DNA of 11,204 nucleotides from Giardia intestinalis (Eukaryota): NCBI GenBank assembly GCA_000002435.2, contig AACB03000029.1; one strand, 5' to 3'. Shown piece by piece: positions 1 to 6,746 of this stretch (position 1 is its first letter; each line of letters starts with the position of its first letter). The notes under the pieces were generated by a model. It saw only the letters and a program-made list of their open reading frames with translations, ran no database searches and was not told where the DNA came from. The position numbers and the translations under genes were made by a program.

Positions 1-1026
1 AGAAGTTCCTCCACAGGCAGTATCATCTTCACAGATCTTGGTGCATGTGACAGAGCCAGTACTGCCCTCCTTGCGATAGTTAGGCTTACAGTCAGTGCAC
101 TTGAAAGCACCGTTGTTAGAGCAGACACTGCAGCCTTCGCGACCCTTATCGTCTACGCTATCGCATGGGACGCACTTCTTCCCCTGTTGATCTGTAGTAG
201 TTACTAAGAAGTATCCAGTCTTGCAGGTTTCACACTTATTTGGATCACCAGCAACAGAGCATGTGGCACAGTTATCACCACACTTGTCTGTACATGTACT
301 AGTACCACTATCAAAGAAGTATCCATCGAGACAGGCTGAGCAGGTTGGATTGTCACTTCCTGTTTTCGTACATGTCTTGCAGTTGGCCTTTCCTTCGTTA
401 CCAAGAGTTGAATCTGTCACATCACTACAAAGAGCACACGTTTTGTCCTCCTTCATAAATAAGGCCTCGTCAGCGCCCTCGCATCCTTCAAGCGTCTTCG
501 CCACGCAGGTCGATGTCCCGTCGAGGGCCGTCCTGGGGGTCTTATTGGTCCCGCAGTTAGTGCACTTCGGCTTCCCCGTGGCCTTGTCGAAGGAGCATGC
601 CGTGCACTCTGCGTGTATCGTACTACATGCCTTGCATGTTCCCGACTCCGGGTCAGCATAAGTGTTTCCATCGCATCCAGTATCTTGTACACATTGATTA
701 CTCTTCAGGTACTTCCCCTCTGGGCACGATGTACAATGATTCTGACCACTTCCATCGCAGGTCAGACAAGCTTCATTACATTTGACACATGTCTGAGAGT
801 TCTTGTAGTATCCATCTTGGCACTCTGTACACGTGGCAGGTCCTGGACTACTGTCTGACTTGGTACACTGTGCGCAGTTAGCCACCCCTGTATATCCATC
901 TGCCCCATTGACATCATGACAGAGGATGCACTCACTACCAGGCTTCTGAGGTGTAACTGGGTTCTTGAACAGGCCGTTAGCTGTCTTACAAGCAGTGCAC
1001 CACTCCATCACTGGCTGCCTGTGCAT
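1..1026 (-). CDS. vsp: VSP-family cysteine-rich surface protein, N-terminal about 340 codons of a cassette whose 3' part lies left of the window (cassette A'); paralog of cassette F
   Basis: Bases 1-990 are >99% identical to 9354-10343. The frame is the minus frame with plus triplets at positions 1 mod 3, and it encodes a CXXC-rich protein identical to the N-terminal part of ORF 8631..10238. The in-frame upstream stop TAA is at plus 1048-1050, with in-frame ATGs at 1024-1026 and 1006-1008. This edge-truncated ORF is not listed in the ORF track. Confidence 0.7.
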   Translation of the reverse strand, partial: MHRQPVMEWCTACKTANGLFKNPVTPQKPGSECILCHDVNGADGYTGVANCAQCTKSDSSPGPATCTECQDGYYKNSQTCVKCNEACLTCDGSGQNHCTSCPEGKYLKSNQCVQDTGCDGNTYADPESGTCKACSTIHAECTACSFDKATGKPKCTNCGTNKTPRTALDGTSTCVAKTLEGCEGADEALFMKEDKTCALCSDVTDSTLGNEGKANCKTCTKTGSDNPTCSACLDGYFFDSGTSTCTDKCGDNCATCSVAGDPNKCETCKTGYFLVTTTDQQGKKCVPCDSVDDKGREGCSVCSNNGAFKCTDCKPNYRKEGSTGSVTCTKICEDDTACGGTS

Positions 1027-1077
1027 ATCACACTCCACTATCACACATTATCACCCACTATCACCTTCTATCACCCA
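1026..1077 (-). repeat. Inter-cassette junction J1: five copies of a (C)TATCAC core at 10-12 bp spacing (1026, 1039, 1049, 1059, 1069)
   Basis: Read directly from the sequence: 'atatcacactccactatcacacattatcacccactatcaccttctatcacccattg'. The other junctions carry 3-4 copies of the same motif. Confidence 0.8.
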
Positions 1078-1086
1078 TTGTACAGC

Positions 1087-1093
1087 ATTCACT
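1087..1093 (-). promoter_or_regulatory. Giardia polyadenylation signal AGTGAAT (AGTRAAY) for cassette B, 7 nt 3' of the TGA stop
   Basis: Plus strand 'attcact' is the reverse complement of AGTGAAT. The minus-strand context is TGA-CTTGGGT-AGTGAAT, which is close to the extended VSP poly(A) motif ACTYAGRTAGTRAAY. Confidence 0.75.
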
Positions 1094-1100
1094 ACCCAAG

Positions 1101-2831
1101 TCACGCCTTCCCCCTGCACACGAACCACCAGCAGAGGAAGCCCACGAGGCCCCCCACGACAGCGATGACAGCCACGGAGATCCCCGCGACGGCCCCGTGG
1201 AGAGCCCGCTCCTGTTGGTGCCAGAGGACACACACATGCCATCCCTCGGGACATAGCCCTCCTCGCACTCCCCCGCAGACGCCCTCTGCGCTGCACCGCA
1301 TGCACCTCTCTATGTCACAGACAATGCACTGGGTGCCGTCCAGGCTGGGTCTCTGGTCTTTATTGGTACATGCCTCACACTTGTTGTCTGCGCTGCAGTG
1401 AGAGCAGCCCTGGGCCGGACACACATAGCAGGTGCTTCCAGCCATGTTGGGCTTCTTATTGTCCTCAGCACACACCTCGCACATCCCGTCGATGGCGCAG
1501 CTCTTGCACCCGCCGACCGCACACAGGGTGCACCCGCTGCCATCCTTGTTGGGCTTCTTCGTCTTGTCGCACGCACTACAGACCGCCGCGGCCATCGCAT
1601 TGGCGGCTGGCGCCTGCGGGGCCGCGCACGCCGTGCAGTCTAGCACGCCGACGTACGCCTTGTCGCCCGCGGTCGCTCCCACAGGGTTGCCACAGGCAAG
1701 CACGGACTGCTGAGCAGCAGAGTCCCCAGGAATCTTGAAGTAGCGCCCGACCGGTGTGGTGCAGAACCCACTTGGAGCCGCAGAGCACATGAGGTTGCCA
1801 GGAGCCTTCGACACATCATAGCAACCACCCATATAGAGGAAGTAGTTGTTGGTGCACCGCGTACATACGCCATCGGCGCAGGTATTACCTGCAAGTGCAT
1901 TGGTGCACTTCCCATTAATAGGGCCATAGCCGGCGCCAACACACTTTGAACAGTAAGAGAGCATGCTGCCGTCGTTGCCGACCACGATGGCGTCGCAGGC
2001 CCCTGCTGTCCCTCCACATGCAGTCTCATCTTCACAGGTCTTTGTACATGTGAGGTCGCTAGGTTCTCCGCTGGGTCTGTAGTTGGGCTTACATTCAGTG
2101 CATTTGAGGGACCCCACGCCGCCTGTGCACTCGGCACAGCCTGGAATCCCACTTGTCTCGTCATCACAGAGAACGCATGTCTTAGGCGGGCCATCCTTAA
2201 GGAAGTACCCCGGCATGCATCTTGTACATGTGTTGATTTGACCCGCTGTTCCGCACTCTGCGCAGTTTCCTGTGCAGGCCTCGCAGGCGTTTCCGTTGAC
2301 TTTATACCCGTCGACACAAGCCTCGCAGGTGCCTTTTGCGGTGCACAGCTTGCAGTTCTGGACTCCGCCCTTACCATTGTCGCCGCACTGCACGCACTTC
2401 GAGGCGTCGTAGAAGTGCGTCTTGCCCACTTTGCACTCGGCCTCATCAACACAGGTCGTTGTCCCATCCAGCTCGTCTCTGACCGTCTTACTACCGCAGT
2501 CGGTGCACTTCGGCTTTCCCGTGGCGTCGTCGTATGCACACGCGGTGCATCCTTGTATCTCACTGCAGGCCTTACAGGTCCAGGTCTTCTTGTCCGCATA
2601 GTTACCATTGTCACATCCACCAGCATCTACACAAGTGTTACCATCCTTCAGGTACTTCCCCTCAACGCAGGCGGTACACTGAGTCGGAGTATCAGCTGAG
2701 CAAGCAGAGCAGCCGTCTCCGCACTTCACACATGCACTGTCCTTCGTAACGAACCCTGCTTGACACTCTGTACACGTGGCCGGTCCGCTAGTGCCCGTGT
2801 GGGAGCATTCTGAGCATCCAGCGACTCCCAT
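1101..2831 (-). CDS. vsp: Variant-specific surface protein cassette B (576 aa from first ATG). The open frame actually runs upstream to 2975 with no ATG and begins 'WSEICTKAEGGLCTACKTANGLFKNPDATPEKGSECILCSDTTDRNGV-MGVAG...'
   Basis: This is ORF 1101..2831. It has CXXC motifs throughout, GGCY in 'YMGGCYDVSKAPG', and the C-terminus '[28 protein letters not shown]'. No hydrophobic leader follows the ATG. The in-frame upstream stop TAG is at plus 2976-2978. Confidence 0.85.
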   Translation of the reverse strand: MGVAGCSECSHTGTSGPATCTECQAGFVTKDSACVKCGDGCSACSADTPTQCTACVEGKYLKDGNTCVDAGGCDNGNYADKKTWTCKACSEIQGCTACAYDDATGKPKCTDCGSKTVRDELDGTTTCVDEAECKVGKTHFYDASKCVQCGDNGKGGVQNCKLCTAKGTCEACVDGYKVNGNACEACTGNCAECGTAGQINTCTRCMPGYFLKDGPPKTCVLCDDETSGIPGCAECTGGVGSLKCTECKPNYRPSGEPSDLTCTKTCEDETACGGTAGACDAIVVGNDGSMLSYCSKCVGAGYGPINGKCTNALAGNTCADGVCTRCTNNYFLYMGGCYDVSKAPGNLMCSAAPSGFCTTPVGRYFKIPGDSAAQQSVLACGNPVGATAGDKAYVGVLDCTACAAPQAPAANAMAAAVCSACDKTKKPNKDGSGCTLCAVGGCKSCAIDGMCEVCAEDNKKPNMAGSTCYVCPAQGCSHCSADNKCEACTNKDQRPSLDGTQCIVCDIERCMRCSAEGVCGGVRGGLCPEGWHVCVLWHQQERALHGAVAGISVAVIAVVGGLVGFLCWWFVCRGKA

Positions 2832-2975
2832 GACCCCGTTTCTATCTGTCGTATCAGAGCACAGTATGCACTCACTACCCTTCTCTGGTGTTGCATCAGG
2901 GTTCTTGAACAGGCCGTTAGCTGTCTTACAAGCAGTGCACAGTCCTCCCTCAGCCTTTGTGCATATCTCACTCCA

Positions 2976-3000
2976 CTATCATACTATCACACACTATCAC
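2976..3000 (-). repeat. Junction J2: in-frame stop (2976-2978) plus three CTATCA(C) repeats at 2976, 2984 and 2994
   Basis: The plus strand reads 'ctccactatcatactatcacacactatcacccattg'. Confidence 0.75.
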
Positions 3001-3012
3001 CCATTGTATAGC

Positions 3013-3019
3013 ATTCACT
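3013..3019 (-). promoter_or_regulatory. Polyadenylation signal AGTGAAT for cassette C
   Basis: 'attcact' on the plus strand, 7 nt 3' of the stop at 3027-3029. Confidence 0.75.
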
Positions 3020-3026
3020 ACCCAAG

Positions 3027-4874
3027 TCACGCCTTCCCCCTGCACACGAACCACCAGCAGAGGAAGCCCACGAGGCCCCCCACGACAGCGATGACAGCCA
3101 CGGAGATCCCTGCTATGGCACCAGTACTGAGGCCGCTTCTGTTGCCCCCGCTGGGCTTGGTGGACACGCACGCCTCACCCTCCAGCCTGTAGTCGTCCCC
3201 ACACTGGCCGCACTTGTTCTCCTCGCTGCACCTGACGCACCCGTCGATATTGCAGGCGATGCACTTCGTTCCGTCTGTGTTCGGCCTCTGGTCTTTACTG
3301 GTACAGGCCTCGCACTTACCGCCTGCTCCACAGTGCGAGCATCCGTCAACGGTACATGCGAAGCACCCGCTCCCAGCCAGGTTGGGCTTGTTGTTGTTGG
3401 TACACGCTGTACACACAGCAGCAGTCATACCAGTCTCAGACAGAGCTGTTGGGGCCGTGCATGCCGAACAGCCATCTACCCCCACATATGCCTTAGAGGT
3501 ATCACCAGTGCCTACTAGTGTGCCAAGGGAGTTGCTACATGCCAATACAGACTGATTCTGATTGGTTGCCCCAGGGACTATGAAGTACCTATTGTTGGCA
3601 TTAACAGCGGTACAGACACCGTTGGCTGCTGTCTTGCACATATGTTGTCCAGGTACTGTATCAACCTTGTAACAACCTCCCATATACAAGAAGTAGTTGT
3701 TAGTGCATTGTGTACATACACCTTGATCACATTGATTATTTGCTTTAGCACTATTACACTTCCCATCTATAGGATACGTATTAGCTTCTCCACAGTATGA
3801 GCAATAATGATGCTCTACACCCTTATCATCAATCACTATTGCATCGCAGGCACCAGAAGTTCCTCCACAGGCAGTATCATCTTCACAGATCTTGGTGCAT
3901 GTGACAGAGCCAGTACTGCCCTCCTTGCGATAGTTAGGCTTACAGTCAGTGCACTTGAAAGCACCGTTGTTAGAGCAGACACTGCAGCCTTCGCGACCCT
4001 TATCGTCTACGCTATCGCATGGGACGCACTTCTTCCCCTGTTGATCTGTAGTAGTTACTAAGAAGTATCCAGTCTTGCAGGTTTCACACTTATTTGGATC
4101 ACCAGCAACAGAGCATGTGGCACAGTTATCACCACACTTGTCTGTACATGTACTAGTACCACTATCAAAGAAGTATCCATCGAGACAGGCTGAGCAGGTT
4201 GGATTGTCACTTCCTGTTTTCGTACATGTCTTGCAGTTGGCCTTTCCTTCGTTACCAAGAGTTGAATCTGTCACATCACTACAAAGAGCACACGTTTTGT
4301 CCTCCTTCATAAATAAGGCCTCGTCAGCGCCCTCGCATCCTTCAAGCGTCTTCGCCACGCAGGTCGATGTCCCGTCGAGGGCCGTCCTGGGGGTCTTATT
4401 GGTCCCGCAGTTAGTGCACTTCGGCTTCCCCGTGGCCTTGTCGAAGGAGCATGCCGTGCACTCTGCGTGTATCGTACTACATGCCTTGCATGTTCCCGAC
4501 TCCGGGTCAGCATACTTATCATTACCACAGCTATCAGTACATTGATTCCCATTGAGGTACTTCCCCTCTGGACACGATGTGCACTGGGTCGCCGATGTCT
4601 CACAGGTGGCACAGTTCCCCTCGCATGGCTTACAAAGCTTGTTGTTTAGGAAGTACCCCTCTTGACAGGTATTACACGTGGCAGGTCCTGCATTCCCTGG
4701 TGCCGTACACTTGAGACAGTTGGCCACTCCCGTATATCCATTCGCTCCCTTGATATCAGAGCACAAGATGCACTCCCCACCAGGAGTCACCTTGTCTGCC
4801 CTGTTCTGGAATATGTACTTGTTATCTGTCTTACAAGCAGTGCACAGTCCATTACTGGCCTTTGTACATATCAC
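3027..4874 (-). CDS. vsp: Variant-specific surface protein cassette C (615 codons in the ORF track). The track's 'M' is a GTG codon at 4872-4874. The real open frame starts at 4886 right after an in-frame TAG (4887-4889) and reads 'CDSGVICTKASNGLCTACKTDNKYIF...'. There is no ATG until about codon 190.
   Basis: CXXC-rich with GGCY in 'YMGGCYKVDTVPG'. It ends in '[17 protein letters not shown]'. Bases 3027-3420 are near-identical to 6747-7140 (the 3' end of cassette E). Bases 3482-4509 are near-identical to 8981-10008 (the core of cassette F). Confidence 0.85.
   Translation of the reverse strand: MICTKASNGLCTACKTDNKYIFQNRADKVTPGGECILCSDIKGANGYTGVANCLKCTAPGNAGPATCNTCQEGYFLNNKLCKPCEGNCATCETSATQCTSCPEGKYLNGNQCTDSCGNDKYADPESGTCKACSTIHAECTACSFDKATGKPKCTNCGTNKTPRTALDGTSTCVAKTLEGCEGADEALFMKEDKTCALCSDVTDSTLGNEGKANCKTCTKTGSDNPTCSACLDGYFFDSGTSTCTDKCGDNCATCSVAGDPNKCETCKTGYFLVTTTDQQGKKCVPCDSVDDKGREGCSVCSNNGAFKCTDCKPNYRKEGSTGSVTCTKICEDDTACGGTSGACDAIVIDDKGVEHHYCSYCGEANTYPIDGKCNSAKANNQCDQGVCTQCTNNYFLYMGGCYKVDTVPGQHMCKTAANGVCTAVNANNRYFIVPGATNQNQSVLACSNSLGTLVGTGDTSKAYVGVDGCSACTAPTALSETGMTAAVCTACTNNNKPNLAGSGCFACTVDGCSHCGAGGKCEACTSKDQRPNTDGTKCIACNIDGCVRCSEENKCGQCGDDYRLEGEACVSTKPSGGNRSGLSTGAIAGISVAVIAVVGGLVGFLCWWFVCRGKA
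3482..4509 (-). repeat. Near-identical block of about 1.0 kb shared by cassette C (3482-4509) and cassette F (8981-10008). Window start 1-655 equals 3855-4509. Bases 10895-11204 of cassette G equal 3482-3790 apart from indels.
   Basis: Direct comparison of the VSP core. Identity breaks at 3470-3480 versus 8960-8980 (AC-TAPTALSET versus QC-TAPAALTGA) and at 4510 versus 10009. Confidence 0.8.
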
Positions 4875-4906
4875 ACTCCACTATCACACTATCACCCTCT
4901 ATTCAC
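4869..4906 (-). repeat. Junction J3: TATCAC / CTATCAC / CTATCAC / CTATTCAC repeats
   Basis: The plus strand reads 'atatcacactccactatcacactatcaccctctattcacacacattg'. Confidence 0.7.
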
Positions 4907-4919
4907 ACACATTGTAAGC

Positions 4920-4926
4920 ATTCACT
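4920..4926 (-). promoter_or_regulatory. Polyadenylation signal AGTGAAT for cassette D
   Basis: 'attcact' on the plus strand. The minus-strand context is TGA-CTCAGGT-AGTGAAT. Confidence 0.7.
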
Positions 4927-4933
4927 ACCTGAG

Positions 4934-6551
4934 TCATGCCTTCCCTCTACATATGAACCACCAGCAGAGGAAGCCCACGAGGCCCCCACGACGACGACCA
5001 CAGCGACGGAGATCCCCGCGATGGCCCCCGTGGAGAGCCCGCTCCTGTTGGTACTCATAGACACACAGGAGGCCCCACTGCTGTCTATGCTGAAACCACT
5101 GTTGCACTCTTCACATATATTATCCATCACACAGCTCTTACAATCACCCACAGAGCATGTCACACACCCACTGCCGTCCTTGTTGGGCACCTTACCACTG
5201 TCACAGGAGGTACACACAGCGGCAGTCATACCACCATCAGACAGAGCTGCTGGGGCCGTACATGCCGAACAGCCATCTACCCCCACATATGCCTTAGCGG
5301 TACCTTGAGGATCTACTAGTGTGCCTAGGGGGTTACTACATGCCAACACGGACTGCTGAGCATTGGATGCCCCTGGTACCAGGAAGTACTTATTATTCTC
5401 ATTAACAGCGGTACAGACACCGTTGGCTGCTGTCTTGCACATATGTTGTCCAGGTGGACTCTGAGTGCTATAACAACCACCCATATATAAGAAATATCCT
5501 GTAGTACAAGACTCACAGACATGGTTGTTACAAGTATTACTTTGAGCCTCACTAGCACAGAGACCATCTATAGGATACTTACTGCTATCCCCACAGTATG
5601 AACAGTAGTGCTTTGTGGTGCCCTGATCATCTATTATCATGGCATCACAAGCACCAGAGGTACCCCCACAGGCAGTATCATCTTCACATACCTTTGTACA
5701 TGTAACAGGACTGGTACCACTCTGCTTGCGATAGTTCACCTTACAGTCAGTACACTTGAAAGTACTGGCCTCCATTGTGCATTGGGAGCACCCCTCGATG
5801 CCCCCATTGTTTGTGTCATCGCAGGCGAAGCATTCTCCAGGAGTGCTACTGACCTTCAGGAAGAACCCGGTCTTGCAGGTTTGGCATTTGGTCTTGTCAG
5901 CTTTTCAGAACATGTGGCACAGTTAGCACCACAGGCCTCACACGTGGCGGCAGGGCCATTTCCTTCTTTGATATACCCTTCGAGGCATTCTATGCATTCT
6001 GGTTTCTGACTTTGCTGCTTAGTACATGTCTTGCAGCCGGCAATGCCTTTGTTCTTTGGTTCTGAATCCGACGCTGCGGGATCACTGCACAAACGACACA
6101 CGTTGTCTTCGGTCATAAAGAGACCGTTATCAGCTCCTTGACACCCGGCGTAGTCTTTTGTCACACAGGTCGAGGTCCCATCAAGGGTCGTCCTGGGGGT
6201 CTTATTGGTCCCGCAGTTAGTGCACCTTGGCTTCCCCGTGGCATCATTATATTCACATGCGGTGCACCCAGCTATGTCGGGATCACATGCCTTGCAGGTC
6301 CAGGTCTTCTTGTCTGCGTACTTATCAGCACCACATTCAGTAGCCTCTACACAAGTGTTACCATCCTTCAGGAACTTCCCCTCAACGCAGGCGGTACACT
6401 GAGTCGGAGTATCAGCTGAGCAAGCAGAGCAGCCGTCTCCGCACTTCACACATGCACTGTCCTTCGTAACGAACCCTGCTTGACACTCTGTACACGTGGC
6501 CGGTCCGCTAGTGCCCGTGTGGGAGCATTCTGAGCATCCAGCGACTCCCAT
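4934..6551 (-). pseudogene. vsp: VSP cassette D with two frameshifts, as assembled. The N-terminal part (ORF 5856..6551, 'MGVAGCSECSHTGTSGP...') is near-identical to cassette B's N-terminus. The C-terminal part (ORF frame 4903..5775) is similar to cassette F's C-terminus. The open frame begins at 6695.
   Basis: Frameshift 1 is a +2 bp indel at the T-run 5902-5905 ('cagcttttcagaa', versus 'aacagag' in paralogs). Frameshift 2 is a C-run of 5 at 4983-4987 where paralogs have 6 (e.g. 3076-3081). The latter turns '...[21 protein letters not shown]' into '[14 protein letters not shown]...'. If read in frame, the tail would end in 'FICRGKA' with a TGA at 4934-4936. Confidence 0.7.
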
Positions 6552-6695
6552 GACCCCGTTTCTATCTGTCGTATCAGAGCACAGTATGCACTCACTACCC
6601 TTCTCTGGTGTTGCAGCCGGGTTCTTGAACAGGCCGTTATCTGCCTTACAAGCAGTGCACAGTCCTCCCTCAGCCTTTGTGCATATCTCACTCCA

Positions 6696-6720
6696 CTATC
6701 ATACTATCACCCTCTATCAC
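6696..6720 (-). repeat. Junction J4: in-frame stop (6696-6698) plus CTATCA(C) repeats at 6696, 6704 and 6714
   Basis: The plus strand reads 'ctccactatcatactatcaccctctatcacacattg'. Confidence 0.75.
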
Positions 6721-6732
6721 ACATTGTACAGC

Positions 6733-6739
6733 ATTCACT
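6733..6739 (-). promoter_or_regulatory. Polyadenylation signal AGTGAAT for cassette E
   Basis: 'attcact', 7 nt 3' of the stop at 6747-6749. Confidence 0.75.
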
Positions 6740-6746
6740 ACCCAAG

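Larger units (their letters stand above)
2627..3420 (-). repeat. Dispersed near-identical block of about 0.8 kb, equal to 6347-7140 (offset 3720). Its 3' part 2961-3420 also equals 10374-10833. It spans the 5' end of one cassette, the junction and the 3' end of the next cassette.
   Basis: Direct comparison shows only scattered SNPs (e.g. 3329 c versus 7049 t, giving GGKCEA versus GDKCEA). Identity decays upstream of about 2627/6347 and downstream of about 3420/7140. Confidence 0.8.

Noticed and set aside
1026-1077. TATCAC-repeat tract as a degenerate signal-peptide coding remnant or as a promoter
   Set aside because: On the coding strand the tract contains TGA and TAG in all frames, and it is not A/T-rich in the way Giardia initiator regions are. 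No ATG is positioned to start the downstream frame, apart from the 4-5-codon ORFs 'ATGCACAAAGGCTGA'.
1640-2626. Alternative minus-strand frames inside cassettes (1640..2626 at 328 aa, 1310..1600, 3113..3349, the thrice-repeated 66-aa 'MVTKERPTARH...' at 204..404, 4058..4258 and 9557..9757, and 453..692 and its copies)
   Set aside because: Out-of-frame overlaps of the real Cys-rich VSP frame. Their products are Arg/Ala/Pro-rich with low complexity. Their repetition reflects the duplicated blocks, not separate genes.
2829-2831. ATG at 2829-2831 ('MGVAGCSECSH') as the true start of cassette B. The same ATG appears in D at 6549-6551.
   Set aside because: The VSP frame is open and Cys-rich for 48 more codons upstream to the TAG at 2976-2978. 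The residues after the ATG are not a hydrophobic leader. The ATG is probably an internal Met, and there is no evidence for the real initiation site.
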